Shown one piece after another: positions 24,676 to 37,646 of a stretch of DNA of 64,000 nucleotides. A program made the translations under genes and the position numbers. Under the pieces are notes generated by a model that ran no database searches, was not told the DNA's origin, and saw nothing but the letters and a program-made list of their open reading frames with translations. How positions within the stretch are numbered: position 1 is the first letter of the stretch; every line of letters starts with the position of its first letter. The DNA is from Chiloscyllium plagiosum (lineage: Eukaryota), in NCBI RefSeq assembly GCF_004010195.1, contig NC_057750.1, forward strand, positions 13,971,387 to 14,035,386. Reading direction: 5' to 3'.

Positions 24676-25793
24676 AGCATCTCCAGGCATGGGGTGTGGG
24701 TATCACTGGCATTTGTTGTCTATGCTTAACTGCCCTGGAACTAAATGTCATGTTAGGGCCATTTCAGAGTGAACTACATTGCTGGGGCACTGGAGTCACG
24801 TGTTGGCTAGATTGGGTAAAAATGGCAGATTTCCTTCCTTAAAGGGTACTGGCATTTAATTCCAGACATTTTTATTATTGAATTCAAATTCCACTTTCTG
24901 TCATGGTAGGATTTGAACATATTTCTCCTGAACATAGACATGTTGAAAAATGCAGATTATTTTGGATGAATCAGAGTGGATTTGTTAAAGGAAAATCACA
25001 TTTAACTAATTTGTTGGTGTTTTTTGAAGGGGCAACATGGATAGTTGATGAGGACAGGGCTGTTGATGTATTTGTGCATGGACTTTCTAATACAGCAGAC
25101 TTGTAAGGAAAGTTATAGACCATAGACTAACAGTGGCTCAGTGGTTAGCACTGCTGCCTCACAGCACTAAGGGCCTGGGTTTGATTCCAGCCTCGGGTGA
25201 CTGTCTGGGTGGAGTTTTCACATTCTCCCCATGTCTGTGTGGTTGCCTCTGGGTGCTATGGTTTCCTCCCACAGTTCAAAGGTGTGCAGGTCAGGGTGGA
25301 TTGGCCATTGGAAAATATAGGGTAGCAGGGTTGTGGTGTTCCCTAAGGGGTCAGTGCAGACTCGATGAGCTGAATGGCCTCCTTCTGCATTTGGGGATTC
25401 TACCAATAGCAATATTGATACAAATTGGCTGAGACATTGGAAACAGAGAGTATTGGCTATCTTCCAGGCTGGACGAAAGTCTGTAGTTGAGTTGCCCAGC
25501 GATTGTTATTAGGAATCTGTCTCTTTCTGATAGATATATCAATAATCTAGATTTGGGGACAATTTCAAAGTTTACAGACAATACAAAACCTGAAAGCTTT
25601 GTAAACTGTGAGGACAGTTTGGAACTTCAAAAGGACATTTGCAAGTTTGTGGAGTGGATCGATAGGTGGGAAATGAATTTGAGTGTGGAGAAATGAGAGG
25701 TGATACGTTTTGGTAGAAAGTACATAGAGAGACAATGTAAACCAAAGGGCAAAATTCTGCAGGATGTGCAGGACCAGGCTGTATATGTGCATA

Positions 25794-27063
25794 GCTGAAA
25801 ATATGTTGCTGGAAAAGCGCAGCAGGTCAGGCAGCATCCAAGGAGCAGGAGAATCGNNNNNNNNNNNNNNNNNNNNNNNNNNNNNNNNNNNNNNNNNNNN
25901 NNNNNNNNNNNNNNNNNNNNNNNNNNNNNNNNNNNNNNNNNNNNNNNNNNNNNNNNNNNNNNNNNNNNNNNNNNNNNNNNNNNNNNNNNNNNNNNNNNNN
26001 NNNNNNNNNNNNNNNNNNNNNNNNNNNNNNNNNNNNNNNNNNNNNNNNNNNNNNNNNNNNNNNNNNNNNNNNNNNNNNNNNNNNNNNNNNNNNNNNNNNN
26101 NNNNNNNNNNNNNNNNNNNNNNNNNNNNNNNNNNNNNNNNNNNNNNNNNNNNNNNNNNNNNNNNNNNNNNNNNNNNNNNNNNNNNNNNNNNNNNNNNNNN
26201 NNNNNNNNNNNNNNNNNNNNNNNNNNNNNNNNNNNNNNNNNNNNNNNNNNNNNNNNNNNNNNNNNNNNNNNNNNNNNNNNNNNNNNNNNNNNNNNNNNNN
26301 NNNNNNNNNNNNNNNNNNNNNNNNNNNNNNNNNNNNNNNNNNNNNNNNNNNNNNNNNNNNNNNNNNNNNNNNNNNNNNNNNNNNNNNNNNNNNNNNNNNN
26401 NNNNNNNNNNNNNNNNNNNNNNNNNNNNNNNNNNNNNNNNNNNNNNNNNNNNNNNNNNNNNNNNNNNNNNNNNNNNNNNNNNNNNNNNNNNNNNNNNNNN
26501 NNNNNCCGTTGTGTTGCTATGGTCTGGCGATGGAGGAGTCCAAGGATTTGTATGTCCTTGGTGGAGTGGGAGGGGGAGTTAAAGTGTTGGGCTACGGGGT
26601 GGTTGGGTTGGTTGGTCCGGGTGTCCCAGAGGTGTTCTCTGAAACGTTCCGCAAGTAGGCGGCCTGTCTCCCCAATATAGAGGAGGCCACATCGGGTGCA
26701 GCGGATGCAATAAATGATGTGTGTAGAGGTGCAGGTGAATTTGTGGCGAATATGGAAATATCCCTTGGGGCCTTGGAGGGAAGTGACGGGGGAGGTGTGG
26801 GCGCAAGTTTTGCATTTCTTGCGGTTGCAGGGGAAGGTGCCGGGAGTGGAGGTTGGGTTGGTGGGGGGTGTGGACCTGACGAGGGAGTCACGGAGGGAGT
26901 GGTCTTTTCGGAACGCTGATAGGGGAGGGGAAGGAAATATATCCCTGGTGGTGGGGTCCGTTTGGAGGTGGCGGAAATGACGGCGGATGATACGCTGTAT
27001 ATGGAGGTTGGTGGGGTGGTAGGTGAGGACCAGTGGGGTTCTGTCCTGGGGTCCAGTGGGGTT
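25794..27063 (-). mobile_element. Young Penelope-like (Neptune-like) element with Cys linker and GIY-YIG endonuclease; parent of family A; contains assembly gap 25857-26505
   Basis: A minus frame not in the ORF track is open across about 26506-27045: RTPLVLTYHPTNLHIQRIIRRHFRHLQTDP...GTFPCNRKKCKTCAH...FTCTSTHIIYCIRCTRCGLLYIGETGRLLAERFREHL...PVAQHFN. The family A body is at 25797-25856. Perfect TSD CTGTATATGTGCATA (25779-25793 / 27064-27078). Confidence 0.92.
25857..26505. other. Assembly gap
   Basis: Run of N. Confidence 1.
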
Positions 27064-27689
27064 CTGTATATGTGCATAAATTATTTAAGATGGCAGCATG
27101 TGTAGAGAGAGCAGTTAATGAAGGACACTGGGTTCTACGCTTCATTAATAAGGGTATTGTGTAGAAGAGTAGGTATTGCTATAATGAGCTTATATTGGAG
27201 ACCTGGGCTGGAGTATTGTGTACAGTTCTAGATGCCACACTTTAGGAAGTGCAGGAACACTTTGAAAAGACTGCAGAAAAAGTTTGTGAGAATGTTCCTG
27301 GCCAGAAAAGACAAGGAGAAACAGTGCACACAAAGTTCCCAAAGGATTAAGAACCAGAGGACACAGATTTTAAGCACTTTGCACAAGAATTCACATGTTG
27401 AATGGTTAGGATCTGGAAGTGTGGTAGAGGCAGATTCAATTGAGGCACTGAAGAGGGCGTTGGATAATTATTGAAATAGAAGCAATGTACTTGGTTACAG
27501 GGAAAAGGTGAGAGGTCAGCATTAAGTTAAAGTGCTCAGACTGCCAGTGCAGACACAATGGGCAGTACCTTCTACACTGTAACAATTCTGTAATTCATTG
27601 GAGACCTTGCCACTACCTGACTGGTGTGTGATTGCCAGGCATTCCCCATAATTGAGATCCTATCTAGTTTGGACTGACAAGAGGTTTGG

Positions 27690-28010
27690 AGTGGCACAGT
27701 GGCTCAGTGGCTAGCACTGCTGCCACATAGCGCCAGGGACGCAGGTTCGAACCCATTCTGAGCTGACTGCATGGAGTTTGCATATTCTCCCTGTATCTGT
27801 GTGGGTTTCTTCCCACAATCCAGTGATGTGCAGGCTAGGTGGATTGGCCATGCTAAATTGGCCATTGTATCCAGTGATATGCAGGCTAGGTGGATTAGCC
27901 ATGGGAAATACAGGCTAAGAAGAATAGGGGAGGGCACTGTCTGGGTGAGATGCACTTCAGAGGGTTGGAGTGGATGTAAACCTCCCTCACTGTAGGTATT
28001 CCATTCTATG
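27690..28010 (+). mobile_element. HE1-like V-SINE, followed by a decayed CR1 3' fragment (28030-28625)
   Basis: SINE head and V domain. ORF 28091-28288 reads MLQLYKPLVRLHLEHCV. Confidence 0.85.
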
Positions 28011-28625
28011 ATCTAGACTTCTATGATACAGTGGATATCCAAAGAGACTTGGGGGTTCAGGTGCATAGATCTTTAAAATGTCACTGACAGGTGCAGAAAA
28101 TAATCAAGAAAGCCAACAAAATGTCGGCCTTTATATTTCAAAGACTGGGGTGTAAGGATGCTGAAGTTATGCTGCAGTTATACAAACCCTTAGTTCGACT
28201 CCACTTGGAGCACTGTGTAAAGATCCGGGTACTGCACTTTAGAAAGAATAGATTGGCCTGCCAGAGGGTTTGCAAGAATGATACCTGAATTCCAGGGGTT
28301 AAATTATGAGGAGGGATTATGTAAATTAGGCCTAGGTTAAAGGGTGATCTGATTGACGTTTTTAAGATATTAACAGGAAGAGATGGCAGATAAACACAAA
28401 CCAATTCCACTGTTCTAGAACTAGGGGCATAGTCTGAGAATTAGGGCCAGAACATTCTGGAGTGATGTTAGGAAGCACTTCTAACGTGGGAGAGGTTTGG
28501 AATTCTCTTCCACAAATAGCCGTGGATGCTGGATTTGTTGTTAATTTTAAATCTGAGGTAGATTTTTTTTGTTAAGGTAAGGTATTCAGTTGTACAGGCC
28601 AAAGGCGGGTAAACGGATTTAGGCC

Positions 28626-28945
28626 GTAGATTAGATTCCCTACACTATGGAAACAGGCCCTTCAGCCCAACAAGACCCTCCGAAGAGTAACCCACCCAGA
28701 CCCATTTTCTATTCCACTATCCTATATTTACCCTGACTAATGCACCTAACACTATGGGTAATGTAACACGGCCAATTCACCCTGACCCACACATCTTTGG
28801 ATTGTGGGAGGAAACCAGAGCACCCAGGGGAAACCCACACAGACACGGGGAGAACATGCAAACTCCACACAGACAGTCGCCCGAGGCGGGAGTCGAACCC
28901 GGGTCCCGGGCGCTGTGCGGCAGCACTGAGCCACCGTGCCACCCC
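28626..28945 (-). mobile_element. HE1-like V-SINE
   Basis: Complete, CpG-retaining copy. Confidence 0.92.
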
Positions 28946-29659
28946 AATGAGATCATGGTGTGATTTGTGTCACCTCAGTAAGATGTGGCTCAGGGACAAG
29001 GGTACTGACTGGTCTCAAGGATATTACAGCTGAGCTGAGTCAGACTAAAAGGTTTTAAACTATATTAATTTCTGACAGAAACAAATTGGATACTTTTGAC
29101 GGATTCTAGAGTGATTAGGCACCAAAGGCAGAAGACATGGGATCTTCTGAACAAGTTCCAAATCAGTCTAATAATTTATTACCGTCTGGTGTTTTCACAT
29201 GTGCAAGCAACATAGGTTATTTTCAGAAGAAAATCATTTAACCCATAACAAAATAGCTTTTCAGCCAATATCTGAGTCCCAAATTTATTTACTAATTGGA
29301 GCACATGTGCCAAGTGGTGTTCGGTGTTGGTCATGCTGAGTACTGCTGTGCCAGAGCAGGGTGCTGGCTGACAGGAATTCCCCATTCAATACATTCCTGC
29401 TCCTCAACATCCATGTTCAAGAGCAAATTAAACCAACTGCCCATTCCCACCAACAACGACAGGGGAATTCTTGTTGCTTGCTTTCAGCATTTTCGGTTTG
29501 CAATCCATTTTACCCTTTCTGGTTGTTTGACCACGATTAAACGTAATCCAGAAAGTAATTTTGAACCAGACGAATTCATGTGCTTCCAATGTGAAAAGGA
29601 TTAACTCTAGTTGAGAGCTTTCCTCAACATGAAGGGCCAAATGGTCTCAAATAGCTTTT

Positions 29660-30410
29660 ATAGAGTCATCAAGTCATACAGCACAGAGACAGACTCTTCG
29701 GTCCAACCAGTCCATGCTGGACAAAATCCCACCTGCTTGCTCCTGGCCCATATGCCTCCAAACCTTTCCTATTCATGAACTTATCCAAATGTCTTTTAAA
29801 GGTGTAACTGCACCCACATCTGCCACTTCCTCTGGAAGTTCATTCCACACATGAACCATTCTCTGTGGAAAAAAGGTTGCCCATCATGTCTTTTATAAAT
29901 CTTTCTCCTCTCACCTTAAAAATATACCGCTAGTCTTGAAATCCCCCACCCTAGGGAAAAGACACATGCTATGCACCTTAGCTATGCCCTTCATAATTGT
30001 ACAAAGCTCTATGAGATCACCCCTAACCAGCCAAGAGTCTCTGATTTAAATATAGAATCTCTACAGTGTGGAAGCAGGCCATTCAGACAATCAAGTCACA
30101 TTGATCCTCTGAAGAGCAACCTGCCAGACACATTCGATCCCTCGTAGCCCCACATTTCCCATGGCTAACCCATCTAACCTGGACATCCCTAACTATCCCT
30201 GAACACTATAGGTAATTTAACATGGCCAATCCACCTAACCTGCACATCTATGGACTGTGGGAGGAAAACGGAGCACCTGGCCGAAACCCACACACACACA
30301 CGGGGAGAATGTGCAAACTCCACACAGACAGTCACAGAATTGTCACAAACTCCGCACAGAATTGAACCCAGGTCGCTGGCACTATGAGGCAGCTAACCAC
30401 TGAGCCACCA
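29660..30410 (-). mobile_element. CR1 3' end (29660-30030) and HE1-like SINE (30052-30410)
   Basis: Standard CR1 tail and SINE motifs on the minus strand. Confidence 0.85.
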
Positions 30411-30677
30411 CATTGCCTGTATAGATTGACAGTATGACATGGATAAGGGATAGTATGGGACATTGCATCCCAAATATCAGGAATATTTTCTTTCCACTTA
30501 ACATTTCACAGGCATCACTGGCAACGTCAACATTTCGGGTGGCACAGTGGCTCAGTGGTTAGCACTGCTGCCTTACAGTGCCAGGGACCCGGGTTCAATT
30601 CAAATCTCGGGCGATTGTCTGTGTGGAGTTTGCGCATTCTCCCCATGTCTGTGTGGGTTTCCTCCGGGTGCTCCGGT

Positions 30678-31069
30678 TTCCAGCAGATGATGGAGAACAG
30701 TTTACAAGTCTACCCCAGATAACCGTTTATCTAGATGACATGCTAATAACAATAAGAAGCACTTGGAGAGCTTGGACATGTGTTTGAAGCTTCTGCAAAG
30801 TGGGGCACATGGCATAGGAGAGAGAAATGTGTGTTCCAGGCATCCCAAGTGACCTGCTTGAGCTACAGAGTTGACAATACCAGATTACACCTGTTGGAAG
30901 ATAAAGTGAGGGCAATCAAAGGTGCCCTACTCCCATGTCTGTACTGGAGCTTAAATCTTTCCTTGGGTTGGTGAATTATTATGGAAAATACTTATGTCAC
31001 CTGCTCTCCATCCTGGAACCCTTATATCTGTTATTGAAAAAGGGTCAGCCTTGGAAATGCTCTCATAAC
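30678..31069 (+). mobile_element. Ty3/Gypsy reverse transcriptase fragment (frameshifted)
   Basis: FQQMME...ITVYLDDMLIT...EKCVFQ...DKVRAIK...ELKSFLGLVNYYGKY...EPLYLLLKKGQPWK. Confidence 0.9.
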
Positions 31070-31562
31070 TGTTATGGACCAGGCCCAAACCCCTCTATAC
31101 ATTTCAAGAAGGGAGCCCAGACCCTAACTTTGCTGGTTGTTTTAAACAGGTGTAAAGTGGATATCCCAAGAGAGAATCAGCTGGTCAAACCACTTAGTTT
31201 TAAACAAAGCAGAATTTATTTACACGATTACTCAATGAAACACAAACAACAGAAACAGAATACCAAATAACTTAACCTCTCTGAAAACCCAACAGATCAT
31301 CCCAACTTAATGATGCTGTTCCAAATATTGCAACAATCCCCATAAACACCCCCTTGCCACAAAAGGCAAAATCAAACCCAGGGTCTCACAGGAGAGATGT
31401 CTGAGAGAGAGAGGACCATCTGGGACCTGCTTCTTTGGGCTCCAGCAGCTTTTTTTCCACATTACCCAGAGAAAAGCTGAGCTGGGGTGAACTGGCCACT
31501 CCACTTTCATTGTACAAGTGCTCTTTTTAAAACTTGAAAGCCTCTGTCTGAGGCAGTATCTG
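31070..31562. mobile_element. LTR family L1, partial
   Basis: TGTTATGGACCAGGCCCAAACCCC start; homologous to the 4047 and 47849 copies. Confidence 0.65.
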
Positions 31563-31724
31563 TGCAGGTCAGGTGAATTGGCCATGCTAAATTGCCCACA
31601 GTGTTAGGTGCATTCGGCAGGGGTAAATATCGGGTCTGGGTGAGTTAGTCTTCGGAGGGGGCGGTGTGGAATTGTTGGGCTAAATGGCCTGCTTCCACAC
31701 TGTAGGGAATTTAGTTTGGTGCCC

Positions 31725-32040
31725 ATCCCCATTTGCCCTTGAACTGAGTATCTCCATTTCAGAGAGCAGTTAGGAGTCAACCCCATCGCTGTGGTTCTGG
31801 AGTCACCCGGAGGTCAGACTGAGTAAGAATGGCAGATTTCCTTCGCTGAATGGAACCATATTTTGCAATATTTGATAATGTTTTCATAGTTACCATGACT
31901 GAGATCAGTTTCATTTCCAGATTTATTAGCTGCATTTAAATGCAACCAGCTGCTGTGGTGGGATTAGAGCCCACTTCCCCCAGAGCCTTAACTGAGCTTC
32001 TGCACCGCAGGTCCAGTGGAAGCAGCCTTACACCGCTGTC
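31725..32040 (-). mobile_element. SINE S2 variant
   Basis: CCATTTCAGAGAGCAGTTAGGAGTCAACC...CTGGAGTCAC...GGCAGATTTCCTTC. Confidence 0.75.
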
Positions 32041-32629
32041 TCTGCTGTTGTGGTTTAATTCATGAACATGGCCTGCCATGGAAAATAGCCTTATCCCGAA
32101 AGATCAAAATGATTTCAGCTTCAGGATGACTGAGCGCATGTAAAGTTGTGGTCTGTTTACTGGATTGTCACTTTAATAAGTATGACAGATAAGCATTGCT
32201 GATCCATCGTACATTGTAATTTTACCACATTTACCGATAGCCTTGAATAAAATCATTCTGTTTTTGAAATCTCTCCAGGGTGTAATTATAATTTGAAACA
32301 GAACTTGGGTACGAATACTTAATACAGGAAATATGTCTGTGCTACTTATTTATGGTTCTATGAGTATTTGACTGTCAACATTATCTCCAGTCCTAAACAG
32401 CAATTGTTACAAGCCAGTGGATGAATTAAGGAAATTTGATAAATACACACTTTTTACTCTATTCAGTTTTCCAACTAGCAATGTTGGGTTTATTATGTCG
32501 AAGAGGTTATAGGTGTGTGTTCATTCACCCTTTGGCTAAACTGATTAAATACTTCTGATCCCCCAGACAAGAAGGTTGGACATTGCTTTTCTGCAACAAG
32601 CTGTCCATCAGCACACGTCCAAACAATTA

Positions 32630-33355
32630 GAGTCATGGAGATGTACAGCATGGAAACAGACCTTTCGGTCCAACCTGTCCATGCCGACCAGATATCCCAA
32701 CCCAATCTAGTCCCACCTACCAGCACCCGGCCCATATCCCTCCAAAACCTTCCTATTCATATACCCATCCAAATGCCTCTTAAATGTTGCAATTGTACCA
32801 GCCTCTACCACATCCTCGGGCAGCTCATTCCATACACGTACCACCCTCTGTGTGAAAACGTTGCCCCTTAGGTCTCTTTTATATCTTTCCCCTCTCACCC
32901 TCAACCTATGCCCTCTAGTTCTGGTTTCCCTGACCCCAGGGAAAAGACTTTGTCTATTTGTCCTATCCATGACCCTCATAATTTTGTAAAACTCTGTAAG
33001 GTCACCCCTCAGCCTCCGACGCTCCAGGGGAAACACCCCCAGCCTGTTCAGCCTCTCTCTGTAGCTCAGATCCTCCAACCCTGGCAACATCCTTGTAAAT
33101 CTTTTCTGAACCCTTTCAAGTTGCACAACATCTTTCCGATAGGAAGGAGACCAAAACTGCATGCAATATTCCAACAGTGGCCTAACCAGTGTCCTGTACA
33201 GCCGCAACATGACCTCCCAACTTCTTACTCAATACTCTGACCAATAAAGGCAAGCATACCAAACGCCTTCTTCACTATCCTATCTACCTGCATCTCCACT
33301 TTCAAGGAGCTATGAGCCTGCACTCCAAGGTCTCTTTGTTCAGCAACACTCCCTC
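32630..33355 (-). mobile_element. Young CR1/HER1 LINE 3' end
   Basis: Uninterrupted ORF 32707-33210(-) reads LYRTLVRPLLEYCMQFWSP...RGDL...WNELPEDVVEAG. Confidence 0.95.
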
Positions 33356-33540
33356 ATTGAACTGTGCACGCCATAATTGCATTCCCTAAATATTATTTAA
33401 ATGGAGGGAGAGGGATTTGGGAGAGCTCGTGCAGGAATCGCTCAAGCTCACTAGGTGATAGAGAAGGTAAATGAAGCATTGGCCTTTACTTTATAGGACA
33501 TAAGAGTATGGAAATAGGGAGGCCTTGTTAAAATTATACA

Positions 33541-33885
33541 CCATCATCGTTGGCGGTCCGCTGTGGACAAGGATGACTCTTCAGGGTAAGTCCTTAGAGG
33601 CTGTACAGGCCAACGTGACTACCGCAGGCTCTGTTACACTTGGAGCAGAAGGTGGTCATGGGAAGGGATGGGTGAGATGTTGGTATGGCAACGTGTTCCT
33701 TTCGCTGTTTCACCCGGCCTCTGCTTTTTCCCAACAGCAAGTCTCGAGGTGGTCGACGCCTTCCCAGCTGTTCCTCCTCCATTTTGGGCTAGTGATTCCC
33801 AGGTGTCTGTGGGAATGCCGCGCTTTGCCAGCGAGGCCTTGAGGGTATCCCTGAATCGCTTCCTCTGTCCACCTTGGGCTTGGTA
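33541..33885 (-). mobile_element. RTE-clade LINE 3' end, inserted in a CR1 fragment (+; 33390-34470)
   Basis: QGGQRKRFRDTLKASLAKRGIPTDTWESLAQ...TTFCSKCNRACGSHVGLYS, with a (GAT)n-like tail. Confidence 0.85.
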
Positions 33886-34574
33886 CAAGCTATACAAAGC
33901 AGGAGTCAGACCTTGGCTGGAATACTATGAACAGTGTTGACCCCTGACATAAGGAACGATAGATTGGCAATGGAGACAGTCCAGAGAACGTTCGCTACAC
34001 TGATCCCGGTAAGGAGGGACTGTCTTATGAGGAGAGTTTGACCAGGCTAGGTCTGCACTCATTGGAGTTCAGGAGAATGAGATGACACCTCATTGAAGCA
34101 TGCAAGATTCTCAAGGGTTTTGACCAGGTAGATATGGAAAAGTTTTTTTCCCTGGAGGGAGAGTCTAGGACCAGAGGACATCATCTCAGAATAAAGGATC
34201 TCCCAGTTAGGATAGAAATGAGGAGGAAAATCTTTTCTCAGTGGTGGGGGGGGAGTGAAGCTGTGGAATTCTTTACTACAGAGGGCTGTCAAGGCTGGAT
34301 TGCTAAGTGTAGTCAAGGCTGAGACAGATTTTTAATCAAGATGGGAATCTAGGGTTGTGGAGTAAAAGTGGAGTTGAGGATTATCAAATCAGCCATGATC
34401 TCATTGAATGGCAGAACAGACTCAATGGGCTGAATGGCCTACTCCTGCTCCGACAACTTATAATTCTATGGTGCCCTGAATTGTATACATCTCATGGTCT
34501 GAAAGTAAATCCTAAATTAGTTCAATCCTTTTAGTTTCAACTGGTCCTAAATTACTTTCTGAATGCATTCCACT

Positions 34575-35115
34575 AAAACAAACATAGAACAGTGCAGCAC
34601 AACAACAGGCCCTTCGGCCCACAATGTTGTGTCAAACTTGACACCATATTAAACTGATCCCTTCTGCCTGCCCTCAGTGCATCTTCCTCCATTCCTTGTA
34701 TATTCATGCGCTTATCTAAAAGCCCATTAAACATCCCTATTGTAGCTGCCTCCACCACCATCTCTGACGGCGTGTTCCAAACTCCAAGCACTCTCTGTCT
34801 AAAAAATGTGCCCCTCACATCTCCTTTGAACTCACCGTAAATGCGTATGCTCAACCCCATCTATGCATCTCATAATCTTATAGTGTTCGAGAAAGGTTCC
34901 CCTCAGCCCCTGCTGCTCCAAAGAAAACAACCTGAGTTTTCTCACTTCTTATAGCTCAAGCCCTCTAATCCAGGCAACATCCAAGTAAGTCACTTACCCT
35001 CCAAAGGAGCAGTGCTCCGAATGCTTGTGATTTCAAATAAACCTGTCGGACTATAACCTGGTGTCGTGTGACTTCTGACTTTGTCCAACTTCAGTCCCAA
35101 CACCTCCACATCATG
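34575..35115. mobile_element. CR1 3' end (-; 34575-34990) and PLE family B fragment (+; 34990-35115)
   Basis: ORF 34573-34860(-) reads FFRQRVLGVWNTP. AAGGAGCAGTGCTCCGAATGCTT is a decayed hammerhead helix II. Confidence 0.75.
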
Positions 35116-35432
35116 GCTCCTTACCTCTCATATTCATTCGAAAATGGGTTTTGAAATCCCGATAGAAAACTTGTTCTGGAATCATGCAGAAAAATCTTCT
35201 GAATAAAGAACAATCTCAAGGGGAAGCAGCCTAATTGTGGAGTTATAGAATATTAGAGCACAGAAGGGCATCACTGGATCCAACCCTGCCTGTGCCACAT
35301 CTTCGAAAGAGCAAAAAGACTCTTTCTCCCCTGGGAAACACAGTCCCTGACTCCAATTAGTTGACCTGCAAGAGTCCAGGCTAAGCCTAAAGCATTTTGT
35401 CGTTTTGAAAGTCGGACCAGATCCTAAAACTA

Positions 35433-35669
35433 GGCGAAAGTGGGGACTGCAGATGCTGGAGATTAGAGTCAAGGTTAGAGTGGTGCTGGAAAAACACAGC
35501 AGGTCAGGCAGCATCTGGGGAGCAGGAAAATCGATGTTTGGGTCAACAACCCTTCATCAGGAATGCTCACTCCTGATGAAGGGCTCCTGCCGGAAATGTC
35601 GATTTTCCTGCTCCTTGGATGCTGCCTGACCTGCTGTGCTTTTCCAGCACCACTCTAATCTTGACTCTC
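35433..35669. mobile_element. Palindromic PLE family A insertion with two back-to-back hammerhead cores
   Basis: CCCTTCATCAGGA-ATGCTCAC-TCCTGATGAAGGG at the centre. TSD TCCTAAAACTA (35422-35432) / TCCTAAAGCTA (35670-35680). Confidence 0.85.
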
Positions 35670-36644
35670 TCCTAAAGCTATCATTCATGTGACTGCAAAT
35701 CTTCCCATAATGGTGCATGGTACTTCAAACTTCACTACTGATCAAATGCAACATAAACGGGACAAAAGTGCCAAAGAACTTAAACAAGGTTCAAATCCTT
35801 CCTTCCTTTTTCCACTGAGAGTCTGTCCTAACAGAAGTTCAAGTGTTTATCATATTATTGTGGCCATCTGTCTTGAGCAGACACTGAGTCTGATCAGATG
35901 CAGTTTAATAAAACCACACTGAGAATGGTTCCTAAAGAAAGAAAGGACTTGCATTTATATAGTGACTTTCATTACCTCAGGTCACCACAACAAACTAAAT
36001 ATTTCTGAAGTGTTACCAGAACAATTTAACAATGTCAGTCAATGAAAAGAATTTTTTTTTTGAAAAGCTGCAGATTTGAGAGGAATTATGATTGACATTA
36101 AAATGGGAAGGTGCAAAGTTGTAGCCGTCAGCAATGCAATCTCTGTCGCTGGTCAGAGACATGCACTGGGAATCTCAGAAAACTGCTCCTCATCATCTAT
36201 GTCCATAATAGAGTCTATTTCCCATTCTGCTTTGAAGTTTGTGAATGGAGGCCAATTTCAAACCATTGTGGGTGACTGGCAATAATATCAATAGGAAGTA
36301 CAAATAACACACTGTAACTGCACTGATGTAGAATCATTGAGCTGGAGAGGATTCTGAAGAGATTTACCAGGATGTGCCCAGGACTGGAAGGTTTGAGTTA
36401 TAAGGAGAGGTTGGATAGACTGGAACTTCTTTCACTGTAGCAGTTTGAAACACAACTTTATAGAGTTTTATAAAATAATGAGAGGTATAGATAAGATGAA
36501 TGACAGGTGTTTTTTTTTCCCCTGGGGTAGGGAATTTCAACATCAGGGGAATATTTTTAAGGTGAGAAGAGAAAGATTTGAAAAAGACATGAGGGGCAAC
36601 TTTTTTTGCAGACAATGGTTTGTGTGCAGAATGAACTTCCAGAG

Positions 36645-37646
36645 TGTTATGAAGATGTGGGTATACCTTTAAGAGAGTTAAAAGCAGCAGAATTACCAGA
36701 CACAGCACCAAGTGTACTCAAAAAGGTAACAATGTAACACTGGGTCAAACAACTTGATTAGTTCATTGCTTGGAAACAAACAAATTTGAATTCGGCCAAT
36801 CAGTTTAAATTATACCTGAACTATATCAAACTCCAATCCAGTTTGAATTGAGTATATTGTAATCTTAAAAACCAATGACACAATCCGATGCTCTGGAGTA
36901 TAAGATCGAGGAAAATTGATCAGTTGAGAGGAGAACTGCCACAATCTAGCATGTCAACAGACTGCCTGAAAAATAGCTCTCCTAAGAGCACCTTTTTGAT
37001 CAGTAACCTGTGATGCAGAAATTCCTAACCAGAAGAAAAGAAGCAACTTGATTAGTTCGTTGCTTGGAGACAGAAACAAATTTGAATTCGGCCAATCAGT
37101 TTAAATTATACCTGAACTATATCAAACTCCAATCCAGTTTGAATTGAGTATATTGTAATCTTAAAAACCAATGACACAATCCGATGCTCTGGAGTATAAG
37201 ATCGAGGAAAAATGAACAGTTGAGAGGAGAACTGCCACAATCTAGCATGTCAACAGACTGCCTGAAAAATAGCTCTCTTAAGAGCACCTTTTTGATCAGT
37301 AACCTGTGACGCAGAAATTCCTAACCAGAAGAAAAGAAGACACAGAAAGGTCCAAAGACAAGAATTGAAAGCTGACTGGTTTTGAGATATGTATTATTTT
37401 GTAAATCTTAATTGGGAGTTTTATCAGATTAGTATTATAGAAGGGAAGGTAACAGATAGGTTAGAGTTAGGAATGGTAAAGAGTTGTTAGTTAATTATTC
37501 TCTGTTATACTTTAAGAAATAAAGTTGTTAATTTTTACTTTAAATAGTCTTGGCCACTCGAGTTTTTACAGATTACTGCACAGGATAAATCTTTTCTGTG
37601 TTGCTGGTTTTAAATTTAGCAGGAGCGTTTACCCCATGTTGTAACA
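36645..37646. mobile_element. Solo LTR (Gypsy-like) inserted in a CR1 3' end (36340-36644 and 37647-37830)
   Basis: TGTTA...TAACA termini, 4-bp TSD AGAG (36641-36644 / 37647-37650), AATAAA near 37518. The CR1 resumes exactly after it. Confidence 0.9.
36750..37339. repeat. About 295 bp tandem duplication inside the LTR
   Basis: Near-identical copies at 36750-37043 and 37044-37339. Confidence 0.95.

Larger units (their letters stand above)
24960..27595 (+). mobile_element. Decayed CR1 LINE RT region, interrupted by an HE1 SINE (25130-25400) and a PLE (25794-27063)
   Basis: QSGFVKGKSHLTNLLVFFE; YINNLDLGTISKFTDNTK; RLQKKFVRMF. Confidence 0.8.
30537..31715 (+). mobile_element. HE1-like SINE split into head (30537-30680) and tail (31560-31715) by a foreign insert
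   Basis: ...GCTCCGGTTTCC | insert | TGTGCAGGTCAGGTGAATTGG... Confidence 0.85.

Noticed and set aside
25764..26582. 272-aa ORF (and ORFs at 61436-61824)
   Set aside because: Length is an artefact of translating through N gaps.
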